From contig CAWHPH010000035.1 of the NCBI GenBank assembly GCA_963831135.1, positions 8,704 through 72,703 of the forward strand: a stretch of DNA of 64,000 bases, written 5' to 3'. Below the pieces are notes generated by a model, which was not told the origin of the DNA, ran no database searches, and was given only the letters and a program-made list of their open reading frames with translations. Shown here one piece after another: positions 11,339-19,885 of this stretch. The stretch comes from an uncultured Alphaproteobacteria bacterium (GTDB lineage Bacteria; Pseudomonadota; Alphaproteobacteria; Rhizobiales; Xanthobacteraceae). The first letter of the stretch is position 1. Each line of letters starts with the position of its first letter. The translations under genes and the position numbers were made by a program.

Positions 11339-11584
11339 ATGCGGCGTCCTTCCATTTTCAAAAAAACTGATGTGACCCGCGTCGCAAGGGCGGTAATGGC
11401 CGCCGGGCTAAATGTCGTTCGTGTCGAGATCAATCCACGAGATGGCACGATCACAGTGGTGCCCGGCAAACCCGAAGAAGTTCGCCAGACCGCGGAACTC
11501 ATTGCATTGAGCGGTGCAGCGGCCGTGAGTAATGATCTTGATCGCGAGCTCGCGGAGTTTAAGGCCCGGCATGATCAGGATTGA
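11339..11584 (+). CDS. hypothetical small protein upstream of integrase
   Basis: 81-aa ORF with an ATG start. It overlaps the integrase start by 14 nt. Confidence 0.5.
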   Translation: MRRPSIFKKTDVTRVARAVMAAGLNVVRVEINPRDGTITVVPGKPEEVRQTAELIALSGAAAVSNDLDRELAEFKARHDQD

Positions 11585-12566
11585 GCTCAAAGGTATCGTC
11601 AAGGTCAGGGCTAAGGGACGTACTTACTGGTACGCTTGGCGTGGCGGGCCGCGGCTGCGCGGCGAGCCGGGAACGCCAGCTTTTATGGCCTCCTACAATG
11701 AGGCGATCGCGGACCGGCGGATGCCGGAGCCTGGACGCTTCCGTTCGCTGGTCACGCTCTACCGGGGAAGCGCCGACTTTCAGAAGCTCGCGGCGTCAAC
11801 CCGGCGCAACTGGTCGCCCTGGCTCGACCACATCGGCGAGTACTTCGGCGATCTTAGCATCGCGCAGTTCGACCGCACAGAGAAGATTAGGCCGTTGATC
11901 CGGCGGTGGCGAAACCGCTACGCGGAGACACCTCGAACGGCCGACTACGGCCTACAGGTCCTCTCCCGCGTGCTGTCCTACGCCGTCGACCCACTCGGTA
12001 AGATCGCCGGCAACCCGTGCGAGGGCATCAAACGACTCTACAGCGTCGATCGGTCGGAGATCATCTGGACTGAGGCCGACATCGCGCGCCTAGAGGCGAC
12101 TTGCAGCGGGGAGATCGCGCACGCCGTCGACCTTGCCGCCCATACTGGCTTGCGGCTCGGCGACCTGTTGCGGCTGTCATGGTCGCACGTCGGCGAAGAC
12201 CAGATCGCCATCACAACGGGCAAGAGCAAGCATCGCCGGCAGGCGATCAAGGTGCTGGCCGCCATCCCCAAGCGGTCGCCCACGATCCTTACCAATAGCA
12301 AAGGCCGGCCCTGGACGAAGGACGGCTTCGGCTCCTCGTTCAGCAAGGCGAAAGCCGCCGCCGGTTTGGAGGAGGCCGACCTCCACTTCCACGACCTCCG
12401 CGGCACGGCAGTGACGCGGTTCTACACGGCCGATCTGCCGGAGCGCATCATCGCCGAGGTGATGGGCTGGGAGGAGGAGCACGTCGCCCGCATCGTCCGC
12501 CGCTACGTGGGCCGCAATGCCGCGACCCTCGCGATGATCGGCAAGCTTAACAAAGGAGGAACGTAA
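11571..12566 (+). CDS. tyrosine recombinase/integrase
   Basis: MIRIELKG... start. Catalytic-region pattern AHTGLRLGDLLRLSW...HFHDLRGTAVTRF...VMGWEEEHVARIVRRY. Confidence 0.9.
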   Translation: MIRIELKGIVKVRAKGRTYWYAWRGGPRLRGEPGTPAFMASYNEAIADRRMPEPGRFRSLVTLYRGSADFQKLAASTRRNWSPWLDHIGEYFGDLSIAQFDRTEKIRPLIRRWRNRYAETPRTADYGLQVLSRVLSYAVDPLGKIAGNPCEGIKRLYSVDRSEIIWTEADIARLEATCSGEIAHAVDLAAHTGLRLGDLLRLSWSHVGEDQIAITTGKSKHRRQAIKVLAAIPKRSPTILTNSKGRPWTKDGFGSSFSKAKAAAGLEEADLHFHDLRGTAVTRFYTADLPERIIAEVMGWEEEHVARIVRRYVGRNAATLAMIGKLNKGGT

Positions 12567-12614
12567 CGTGCAAAACCGCCGGCAAAACCGCCTGTGCGGA
12601 AGTGGCTTAAGTGT

Positions 12615-12689
12615 TGGAGCGGGCGATGGGAATCGAACCCACGACACTCAGCTTGGGAAGCTGATGTTCTACCACTGAACTACGCCCGC
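12615..12689 (-). tRNA. tRNA-Gly (anticodon CCC), CCA encoded
   Basis: Hand-folded sequence: GCGGGCGTAGTTCAGTGGTAGAACATCAGCTTCCCAAGCTGAGTGTCGTGGGTTCGATTCCCATCGCCCGCTCCA. 7-bp acceptor stem, anticodon loop TTCCCAA, T-loop TTCGATT. Confidence 0.93.
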
Positions 12690-12691
12690 AT
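12650..12691. repeat. att direct repeat copy 1 (tRNA-Gly nt 1-40 plus 2 upstream nt)
   Basis: agcttgggaagctgatgttctaccactgaactacgcccgcat is identical over 42/42 nt to 30412..30453. Confidence 0.9.
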
Positions 12692-12746
12692 AACCTTTAT
12701 TTGATCGGTGTCTCTCGCATTCCGCCCTAACTCTTACCCGGAGAAT

Positions 12747-12780
12747 ACCCGGAGGTTCGAGTCGATCCGAACCTCCGGGT
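12747..12780. terminator. perfect 13-bp stem / 8-nt loop hairpin at the element's left end
   Basis: ACCCGGAGGTTCG-agtcgatc-CGAACCTCCGGGT. There is no clear U-tract, so its function as a terminator or insulator upstream of the tRNA is inferred only. Confidence 0.35.
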
Positions 12781-13081
12781 GAAATCCGCCGACACTATAT
12801 TATGGGCAGCGGGAAGCGCCAACTCCCCGCCGCGTATGGCCCGGCGCTCGCGCCGGGCCATTTTCATTTTGGACTTGACCGGCTTTTTAAGCTGGTCAAT
12901 TCGCCCGTAAGTTATTGCGGCGAAGTTGCAAACCCCTTCCCGAACCTCCACAGAGATAACCACGGTTGCGTCGGCGACTCGCGCGGGTGTATGAAAGATG
13001 CACCGTAGCGGCCCGCGTGCGCTCCTAACTGAGACACGCATTCCCCGCGACAGTCCCCACCGATCAGATAACCGAACGAGC

Positions 13082-13141
13082 GGCACTACATACGTTTTGT
13101 AGTGCCGGGGACGAGCCGCGCTACATCCGTTTTGTAGCGCG
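13082..13141. promoter_or_regulatory. two related 25-bp palindromes (putative operators) upstream of the Xis-like gene
   Basis: GGCACTACAtacgttTTGTAGTGCC (13082-13106) and CGCGCTACAtccgttTTGTAGCGCG (13117-13141). Centres are 35 bp apart. The second ends 16 nt before the ATG at 13157. Confidence 0.6.
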
Positions 13142-13156
13142 GGTGCGGAGCACATC

Positions 13157-13357
13157 ATGCGCGAACAACGCTTGTGGCCGATTTGGCTTTCGATTTCCGA
13201 AGCGTCCCGCGCGCTCGGTATCGAACGCAAAATTCTCTACGGATGGGTTGTCCAAGGGATGCCGATCTACAAGTGCGGAGTTCGCCGCAAGGTGCTGGTC
13301 GAGGACCTTGTTCGGTACATCCGCGCAAATCTGAAAACAGTGGAGCGTAAGTCATGA
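13157..13357 (+). CDS. excisionase/MerR-like helix-turn-helix DNA-binding protein
   Basis: 66 aa. LSISEASRALGIERKILYGWVVQGMPIYKCG is typical of the Xis/AlpA-like HTH family. It sits at the element end opposite the integrase. Confidence 0.7.
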   Translation: MREQRLWPIWLSISEASRALGIERKILYGWVVQGMPIYKCGVRRKVLVEDLVRYIRANLKTVERKS

Positions 13358-13896
13358 GCCAACTTCCCAATTACGCCGCAGAGGGCCGGATCAAAGCAGT
13401 GTGCGCAGAGAACGGCGTTCTCGCCGATTGCCTTGACGACATCGCACTGCAATTCCGCGAAGGCAAGTTGAGCGAGGCCGAGCTTCCCGCGAAGATCAAA
13501 GAGTGGAAGGCAACGCCCGATCATCATTACTTTCATCGCGGCGAAGGGGACGACAAAGAGCTTTTCGTTCGAGCGTTCGGCGAGTCGCCGTCGCTTCAAG
13601 CCAAGGGCGAAGTGTTCAAGAAGTACGGAGCGGCACGCGCGGCGGAAGTCGCTGCGCAGTTCGGGAACACGATCACCGAACTCAAGGCGGGCAAGACGCC
13701 CGACAGTTTCAAGACGAACGGCAACGGCGGCGATCACTCCGCTAACCCGTTCACTCGACTCCGCGTGAACGGAAAGATCAACGAAGCCGCAGCGGCCGAA
13801 GTCGCAAAGATGACCAAGGCGCTCGGCACCAAAAAAGTAGAAGCCATCGCACGCGCGGCCGGGATGACAATCACCGGCTTGCCGTTGCGGGCTTAA
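13354..13896 (+). CDS. hypothetical protein
   Basis: 180-aa ORF with an ATGA overlap onto the upstream gene. Confidence 0.55.
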   Translation: MSQLPNYAAEGRIKAVCAENGVLADCLDDIALQFREGKLSEAELPAKIKEWKATPDHHYFHRGEGDDKELFVRAFGESPSLQAKGEVFKKYGAARAAEVAAQFGNTITELKAGKTPDSFKTNGNGGDHSANPFTRLRVNGKINEAAAAEVAKMTKALGTKKVEAIARAAGMTITGLPLRA

Positions 13897-13908
13897 GGGG
13901 AGGCTCGA

Positions 13909-14271
13909 ATGGATAGTCGCACCAAAGAACATCTGCAATCGCAGGACACGGACATCGCTCGGCGTTCGAGCGTGCCTAAGCGGCATGTCCTCGTCACGCA
14001 CCCCGGCATGGCTTCGCAGACGCGCGGCACGCTTGGCGGACCAACACAAGGCAACCCACCGGACGCCTCGTCCCCGTCGCCGACTGATCCGTCGCGGCAG
14101 GGCAAGAGCTTCGCCGTTCCTGCCATCACGCACGGCATGTCGAGTCGTTCTGATCGCGGTCACTACGATCCGTCGTTCGCGCACGCGATCTTTTCTGAGG
14201 CCAGCCGCGACGTGACCGACTTCGCGCGGGACCTTCACACGGCTTTGCCGGGTGCAGGCAAAGAGGACTAA
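13909..14271 (+). CDS. hypothetical protein (low complexity)
   Basis: 120-aa ORF in the same operon orientation. Confidence 0.4.
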   Translation: MDSRTKEHLQSQDTDIARRSSVPKRHVLVTHPGMASQTRGTLGGPTQGNPPDASSPSPTDPSRQGKSFAVPAITHGMSSRSDRGHYDPSFAHAIFSEASRDVTDFARDLHTALPGAGKED

Positions 14272-14276
14272 CGACC

Positions 14277-14495
14277 ATGCGCGGCGAAATCAAATTCTTC
14301 GACGACAAACGCGGGTTCGGTTTCATCAAGATCGCGGGCGAGCAAAAAGATTTGTTCGTTCACATCACTGCCATTGAGAACGGGCCGCCGTTCACGGGCG
14401 ACATGGTGGAATTCGACATGGGGAACAACAAGCGCACCGGCAAGCAAGAGGCGCACAACGTCAAACTTGTAGGAGGGGGCAGTGGGAGCACCTAA
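14277..14495 (+). CDS. cold-shock domain (CspA-like) protein
   Basis: GEIKFFDDKRGFGFIKIAGEQKDLFVHITAI matches the RNP1/RNP2 layout of cold-shock domains. Confidence 0.85.
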   Translation: MRGEIKFFDDKRGFGFIKIAGEQKDLFVHITAIENGPPFTGDMVEFDMGNNKRTGKQEAHNVKLVGGGSGST

Positions 14496-14826
14496 TCAAC
14501 CACGCGACTCGCACGGCAGATGGGCCGCCGGAAATTCGGGTTCGTCTGCATCGGGCGACCATCAATCCGTGTCGCCGAGCCTCACTCACCGCAACGTCTC
14601 TGGCATCGCGGTGCCGCGCTCCATTCCTGTTGTTCGTCTCGACAACAAGGGAAGCCCGGACGTTAAGTCGTTCAAGGGTTCGGCACGATCAGACAAGATC
14701 GCGGCACTACGCGCCGTCGATCAGCGACACTTCGGAATTCCGGGTGATGTGGGAAATCGAGTCGGCAAGATGTTGCCCAAAGACCTACGCGGACCATCCA
14801 AGGCGGGATGGCCTTTCAACAATTGA
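14482..14826 (+). CDS. hypothetical protein
   Basis: 114-aa ORF with a 14-nt overlap onto csp. Contains NQPRDSHGRWAAG, a motif common in phage proteins. Confidence 0.45.
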   Translation: MGAPNQPRDSHGRWAAGNSGSSASGDHQSVSPSLTHRNVSGIAVPRSIPVVRLDNKGSPDVKSFKGSARSDKIAALRAVDQRHFGIPGDVGNRVGKMLPKDLRGPSKAGWPFNN

Positions 14827-14842
14827 ACCACAGGAGGCTCAC

Positions 14843-15337
14843 ATGGCCGTACAGACTGGAACTGGAAAGAAGCCGAAGCCGCCGGGCGCACCGGCTACGC
14901 TTAAGCAGGGCACGCGCCCGGCTGGCGAGACCTACAAGTCCGACTTGACCAAGGGCAATCTCGCCCGTGGTGGACTCGGACCTGTACGCAAGGACCCGAT
15001 CACGGGCGCGGAAGTCGCGCGCACCGGCTACGGTCAAAACGCATTCTCCGGCGCGTCAAGTTCGGGAGTCGAGGAAAGCTCCAAGCTGTCCGACTTCGAC
15101 ATCACGGTGGATGATCCGGCACTCGACAAGCTGGTCAAGCAAGGCATCGGCTCAAAGGTGAACGATGCCGATCAGGAAATGGTCGGACAAGAGCGGCCGG
15201 TCAGCGACGAACCGATCACACCGTCCTACGGCATGAAGTCGCCGAACATGAAGGCGGGCAGCTATGGAACGCTACCAGCAAAAGGACAGGGCACGTCAAC
15301 GGTCGCAACGGCGCAGCCGGTTCGTAAGCCGAGCTAA
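14843..15337 (+). CDS. hypothetical, probably disordered protein
   Basis: The internal ATG of ORF 14630..15337 is preceded by CAGGAGG. Confidence 0.5.
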   Translation: MAVQTGTGKKPKPPGAPATLKQGTRPAGETYKSDLTKGNLARGGLGPVRKDPITGAEVARTGYGQNAFSGASSSGVEESSKLSDFDITVDDPALDKLVKQGIGSKVNDADQEMVGQERPVSDEPITPSYGMKSPNMKAGSYGTLPAKGQGTSTVATAQPVRKPS

Positions 15338-15395
15338 CGTCACGGTCGGGCCGTTCACAGCAACGGCTCGGCGCTTGACCGATCTAAGTCTCGCC

Positions 15396-15539
15396 ATGGT
15401 CATTCCGTGGCGTGACTACAGCCAAGTCGGCATGACAACCGGCTGGCCGCAGTGGTGGATGAATGACGAGAACGAGTCGGAACGGATGCAAGAGATTTTG
15501 GACGCAACAGAGGACGAGGTTCTGCCATGGGAAATGTAG
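15396..15539 (+). CDS. hypothetical small protein
   Basis: Part of ORF 15264..15539. The start choice is uncertain. Confidence 0.3.
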   Translation: MVIPWRDYSQVGMTTGWPQWWMNDENESERMQEILDATEDEVLPWEM

Positions 15540-15844
15540 ACCTGTTTGATGCTCACAACCGACTCAACTTTCCGACTGACGAGGCTGTCGCTTCGATGCC
15601 GCCGGAAGTGCAAGAGCGGTTCAAGCCGGTTCGAGACGCGAAGGCCGTTCTCGATGCCGCGACCAAACACCGGGAGTCGGTAGCGCAGCGCATCGCGGCG
15701 AACGACGCCGAGCGCGCGACGACAACGGAGCAAATGAACATGATGCGCCCGAGTGGTACGGACGCGGATCGAACCCGCAACATCAAGGCGCACATCGCAA
15801 GCGAACAGCGTCAGAGACAACTCGAAAGAGGACTACCGGAATAA
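15527..15844 (+). CDS. hypothetical protein
   Basis: 105-aa ORF followed by a CCCCCG-N10-CGGGGG hairpin (15851-15872). Confidence 0.5.
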   Translation: MGNVDLFDAHNRLNFPTDEAVASMPPEVQERFKPVRDAKAVLDAATKHRESVAQRIAANDAERATTTEQMNMMRPSGTDADRTRNIKAHIASEQRQRQLERGLPE

Positions 15845-16053
15845 AAAGCTCCCCCGTTGTCATGAGCGGGGGTCTCGGCGGCGTGGACCACAGACACGCC
15901 CGCTACCGGCCGGGCGGCGGTCATCCTCCCGCCGTCCGGTCACCTTTCAAGGTTCGTCCGCTCCTGCACTCTACTGCCAGCGGGGGACGGCGGACGGAGC
16001 GGCCCGAGTATCTCTCCCTGAGTGCTCGGGCCGACCAAATAACGGAGTGAGCC

Positions 16054-16362
16054 ATGAGCGTGCACGATGTAATGCCACCGAAGCCGAAGGCCAAGAAGCC
16101 GGAGCCGTTCAACGTGCGCGCTGGTCGAATTCCGGTGCTCGATCACAAGAAGATCATGCGCGGTCATGTTGGGCCGAAGGCCACCGAAGCGACGTTGCCC
16201 CGGTTCGGAGTCAAGCACGGCGGCTCGTTGCAGACGGTGCAGGGTCGTCAGTGTTGGGTCGGTAACGAGCCGCTCGCCGTCGTCAGTGCAGAAGGCACGA
16301 ACCCGAACGCCGAGCTTCCACCGGCTCCCCCTCCACCGTCGAAACTCAAGGGCCAGTCATGA
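16054..16362 (+). CDS. hypothetical protein
   Basis: 102-aa ORF with GGAG upstream of the ATG. Confidence 0.5.
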   Translation: MSVHDVMPPKPKAKKPEPFNVRAGRIPVLDHKKIMRGHVGPKATEATLPRFGVKHGGSLQTVQGRQCWVGNEPLAVVSAEGTNPNAELPPAPPPPSKLKGQS

Positions 16363-17258
16363 GAAATCTAAAGGGCAAGGAATTCGAGGCCAAGCTCGCC
16401 GAAATTCTTGACACCGTTTCGCAGGACCCGGCGATGGAGCGCGCTATGCGATTGGCTGGCTACAGCCCAAAGATGATTTGGCTTTGGCTCAAGCGCAGCG
16501 GCGAAGGCGATACTAAGTATTTGGTCGCGTGGCCCGACAAGAAGGCGCGGAAAATCCAATTCTGCGATGCCGTTGTTCTCGCGCGCCGATTGCACAAAGT
16601 AAAAATGGACGCAACCATTCGCTCGGCCTGCGATGTCGGAATTCCCGAAGTTCAAATGCACGATGGTGCCGTTCTCTATGAGAAAGATGCGGCGCTTCTC
16701 GCCGAGTGGGGAGACGACAAAGAAGCGGCCGAACGCATCGGCGGCGTAATCGACTTCCCGTACAAGCACATCATCAACGAGCAAGGCAAGCGTGAGCGAA
16801 TTCCGCTCGTCCTCTACCGGCCTGCACCGGCTGCGCTGCGCCAGCATGTCATCCGCTCGCTAATCCCGTCCGAATTCAACCCGCCTGAACATCGGGTGAC
16901 ATCAACCGAGCACAGCGGGTCGGTGCTGATCTTGAACGCGAACCATCCGCCTTACGCGAAGGATTATCAGGCACCGCCGAGTCCGATCAAACAAGACTTG
17001 CAACAGCGCCTCGCCGATCTACGAGCACGCGGCCCGGCGCACAAGCACGCGACCGATAAGAACGGACTCAAAACCATTCCGAAGATCGGCACTGGATCAG
17101 TCAGCAACGATCCGCCGGAGCGGAATGGATACGGCGCAGCGCCGCAGGTTGATGCCGATGGTCATATCGTAGGTGCGAAGGTGCAGCCGATGATTAACGG
17201 CCGCACGGGTCAGCCCGCGCCGGGAGGTTTCAGCGCACTTACAGGACGGCCGACATGA
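16359..17258 (+). CDS. hypothetical protein (possible HTH/small-terminase-like N-terminus, weak)
   Basis: 299-aa ORF with an ATGA overlap upstream. Confidence 0.5.
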   Translation: MRNLKGKEFEAKLAEILDTVSQDPAMERAMRLAGYSPKMIWLWLKRSGEGDTKYLVAWPDKKARKIQFCDAVVLARRLHKVKMDATIRSACDVGIPEVQMHDGAVLYEKDAALLAEWGDDKEAAERIGGVIDFPYKHIINEQGKRERIPLVLYRPAPAALRQHVIRSLIPSEFNPPEHRVTSTEHSGSVLILNANHPPYAKDYQAPPSPIKQDLQQRLADLRARGPAHKHATDKNGLKTIPKIGTGSVSNDPPERNGYGAAPQVDADGHIVGAKVQPMINGRTGQPAPGGFSALTGRPT

Positions 17259-17572
17259 CCGATTTTATTGACAAGCTCACGCACAGCGAACCCGAGGACG
17301 TGCAGCAAGTCGGCACGGTCAATGCGCTCGGCGTGCGCAAGGTCAACATGATGGCCGTTCCCGAGCGCGCCGTGAGCGCAGAGGACATCGAAGCGCGGGA
17401 ACAAGCATTTCTCGACGCACCACAATTCCCTATCCCCTTTTGGGATTTGGACGACGGCCCGGCGCTCGAACCTTTGATGACTCAGGACCACGCCTTGCTA
17501 CGCGCGGCAGGCATCACCGCAGAAGAATGGGAACAAATCGTTCTCGAAGATCAATTGGAGAAAAGCAAATGA
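17255..17572 (+). CDS. hypothetical protein
   Basis: 105-aa ORF with ATGA overlaps at both ends. Confidence 0.5.
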   Translation: MTDFIDKLTHSEPEDVQQVGTVNALGVRKVNMMAVPERAVSAEDIEAREQAFLDAPQFPIPFWDLDDGPALEPLMTQDHALLRAAGITAEEWEQIVLEDQLEKSK

Positions 17573-18270
17573 CAAATCCACTCCGTCAGCAAATGGTCGC
17601 ACGGGCCGTGCAGCAAACGCAGAACGGCAAGATGGCGATCACCCTTCGCAACGTCGCCATGTTCCTGCCGGGACCGACCGCGTTCGATCCGAAGCTCAAG
17701 GCGCAAGTGGACTTTGAGCTTGATGCCGAGGACTTGGCACCGTATCTGCCCGCGCCGACGCCAGCGGTGGAAACACCTTCGCTCGCCGAGCGCCTGGCCG
17801 ATGTGGAAATCGAATTCGTGCCGCCGACTCCGGTTGAGCCGCCGGAGGTTCGTTATCAGCGACTCCAAAACCGTATGCTCGAACTGGAACGCGAACGCGT
17901 CGATCTTCGCTTCACCTACGACACGGCGATCCGCGACGAAATCAACGCGCGCAATGAACTGGACAAGATCGCCCGCGTGTTCATGAACGGGTTTGTGCGG
18001 ATCAGCCCGGACGAGTTGCTTAAGCAACACGCGGCATCCGAAGCCGAGACGCGCCGCAAGATCGCGGCCGGAGAAATTCCGAAGCCGCACCGCGTCAACA
18101 CCGTGGGGCCGTCTGCGCTTGATCGCTACATGGCTGCGCAGCGCGGCGGCAATCCCGGCTTTGCTGGTCGCGGCTATGCGCGCGGCGCTCAGCCCGCCAA
18201 CAAGCGCCTCATGTTCGATCCGAAGGCATTGCCCGGCTCGGGCCTGCCACAACTCAAGGAACCCGTATGA
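17569..18270 (+). CDS. hypothetical protein with coiled-coil-like middle
   Basis: MTNPLRQQ start is coupled to the upstream stop. Confidence 0.5.
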   Translation: MTNPLRQQMVARAVQQTQNGKMAITLRNVAMFLPGPTAFDPKLKAQVDFELDAEDLAPYLPAPTPAVETPSLAERLADVEIEFVPPTPVEPPEVRYQRLQNRMLELERERVDLRFTYDTAIRDEINARNELDKIARVFMNGFVRISPDELLKQHAASEAETRRKIAAGEIPKPHRVNTVGPSALDRYMAAQRGGNPGFAGRGYARGAQPANKRLMFDPKALPGSGLPQLKEPV

Positions 18271-18339
18271 AGCTCCCGCATTACATCCGGCTTGTAATGC
18301 GGGTCATCTGGCGGATTTGGGTGATGGAGCACTTCCACC

Positions 18340-18564
18340 ATGAGCACCAACGTAAAGCAACCGAAACGGAGCCGGGCTAAGCCGCTCGTTGCCGATGTGT
18401 CGGACTCGGCGTGCTTCGATGATCTTCGGTGGAAGGCTGGCACCGCCTACGCGACGTTTGCGAAGGACGGTTCGCAGTACACCTACGACATGAGCCGCGC
18501 GGACTTCAAAGAATGGATGGACAACCCGCTCGGCGAATTCTTCAACGCGAACGTAAGAGACTGA
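18340..18564 (+). CDS. KTSC domain-containing protein
   Basis: ...FDDLRWKAGTAYATFAKDGSQYTYDMSRADFKEWMDNPLGEFFNANVR resembles the KTSC family. Confidence 0.6.
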   Translation: MSTNVKQPKRSRAKPLVADVSDSACFDDLRWKAGTAYATFAKDGSQYTYDMSRADFKEWMDNPLGEFFNANVRD

Positions 18565-18567
18565 CCG

Positions 18568-19017
18568 ATGTCACGCGGACCGTGGAAGGCAGAGACACAC
18601 GCCCGGCGCAACGGCGGCGACGGTCATGGCCCGCTGTCTAATGCGCAGCGGACGCCGAACGATCACGTTGAGCCATGGAAGGATAAGCGCAAGGAAGCTC
18701 GGGCAAAGGTGAAGGCCGAGCTTGATGCGCTGCGCAGTAGCATTCTGTGGAAGGTGGCGAGTCAGAACCGCAAAGAGGCGTTGGCGCGCCACGCGCCGCG
18801 CTACATCGGGCACCCTTGCATCAAACACGACAACGCCGAGCGGTACACGGTGACGGGTCACTGTGTCGTCTGCGCGCGGGAAATCAGAGACGAAGTGCGC
18901 GGCATCGCCGTTAAGCCGCGCCTTGATCGCAAGCTACGGCCGACAGTCGCGGCAATGCGCAAGCCGGTGATCGCCGTGAGCCGGGGCTTCGATGACGAAC
19001 GGGCAGAAGTGTCATGA
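18568..19017 (+). CDS. hypothetical protein with GxPCxxH...RYxxxGxCxxC motif
   Basis: 149-aa ORF containing IGHPCIKHDNAERYTVTGHCVVCAREI. Confidence 0.5.
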   Translation: MSRGPWKAETHARRNGGDGHGPLSNAQRTPNDHVEPWKDKRKEARAKVKAELDALRSSILWKVASQNRKEALARHAPRYIGHPCIKHDNAERYTVTGHCVVCAREIRDEVRGIAVKPRLDRKLRPTVAAMRKPVIAVSRGFDDERAEVS

Positions 19018-19319
19018 GCATGGAAACGGATGAACTGGAATTCGATTTGACGAAACGCCGATGCGAGCGCGAAGGCTTCTATCTCGGGCGTCACAAGAAT
19101 TTCGATCCTGCGATGGGCGGCGGCGACTTGTACCTGATGCCGAAACAGAAGTTCGGCGGCGAGCGCAATCCGTCGCTGTTGAGCTACGCGACCAGCGACC
19201 AAATTCATCGCTATCTGAATGACGCAATTTCTCGAAAAAGAACGGAAGCCGTTGCGCATCCGTCAGGCCGTCAGGTCGTCAGATCATCGGAGCTTGAAGT
19301 CATGAACAAACAAACCTAA
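19014..19319 (+). CDS. hypothetical protein
   Basis: 101-aa ORF with an ATGA overlap. Its 3' end contains a CGTCAGG repeat cluster. Confidence 0.5.
   Translation: MSMETDELEFDLTKRRCEREGFYLGRHKNFDPAMGGGDLYLMPKQKFGGERNPSLLSYATSDQIHRYLNDAISRKRTEAVAHPSGRQVVRSSELEVMNKQT
19252..19282 (+). repeat. CGTCAGG 8-bp-period repeat cluster 1
   Basis: ttgcgcatc-CGTCAGGc-CGTCAGGt-CGTCAGa. Confidence 0.8.
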
Positions 19320-19384
19320 ATGCGCAAAGCGGCCCCGTGACCAGCGGGACCGCTTCACTTGCAAGGTGTTAGGAGCACCGTGCC

Positions 19385-19873
19385 ATGCCTGTTAAGAACC
19401 CCGAGATAATTCGCGCGGAGTCCGCTGTCAAGCGTGAGCTTGATCGGCTGGAACTGGTTGAGCGCGTGCCCGCGTTGCAGCGTGAAGCCGCCCGCAGCAC
19501 CGGACGATATGCACTCGACGAACGCGGCTATCCATTGCCGGTGCTGATCCTGCCACGCCATCCTGCCGTGATCGCCTACGTCAACGAATGCGCTGCGCAA
19601 TCGTCAGGCCGTCAGGCTGTCAGCGATTTGTGCACCGCTCGTCGAAATCTCAAAGCCGCTCACATTAACTACAAAGAACGCGTGCTCTACAGAACGCGCC
19701 ATGATATACGCGAGTGGTCGGACGGTGGCCGGTTCGTTTCATTGTCCGCCATCATCGAAGCCCGAGCCGACGCGATGCACTGGCGCAAGGTCATCAACAA
19801 GTTGGAAGCGGCAGAGAAGATGGAACAACAGAGAAGATGGAATGCCGCGCGCCTGCGCGTCACGCCGATCTAA
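19385..19873 (+). CDS. hypothetical protein
   Basis: 162-aa ORF with AGGAG upstream. Contains a second CGTCAGG cluster. Confidence 0.5.
   Translation: MPVKNPEIIRAESAVKRELDRLELVERVPALQREAARSTGRYALDERGYPLPVLILPRHPAVIAYVNECAAQSSGRQAVSDLCTARRNLKAAHINYKERVLYRTRHDIREWSDGGRFVSLSAIIEARADAMHWRKVINKLEAAEKMEQQRRWNAARLRVTPI
19596..19624 (+). repeat. CGTCAGG repeat cluster 2
   Basis: gcgcaat-CGTCAGGc-CGTCAGGc-TGTCAG. Confidence 0.8.
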
Positions 19874-19885
19874 GGACGGTCCCCT

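Larger units (their letters stand above)
2600..12614. mobile_element. integrase-associated genomic island abutting the 3' end of tRNA-Gly; left boundary not defined
   Basis: Contains a serine recombinase, RM/toxin/helicase-nuclease cargo and a tyrosine integrase ending 49 nt from the tRNA 3' end. GC is patchy. I found no copy of the tRNA 3' end at the left side. Confidence 0.5.

Noticed and set aside
12727-13230. 167-aa minus-strand ORF as a candidate repressor next to the twin operators
   Set aside because: It runs through the perfect 13-bp hairpin and overlaps the Xis-like start. It has no HTH pattern that I can see. I left it unannotated rather than call it a repressor.
13267-14238. 323-aa minus-strand ORF across the element's early region
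   Set aside because: It is antisense to a chain of translationally coupled plus-strand ORFs, is arginine-rich and has no recognisable domain.
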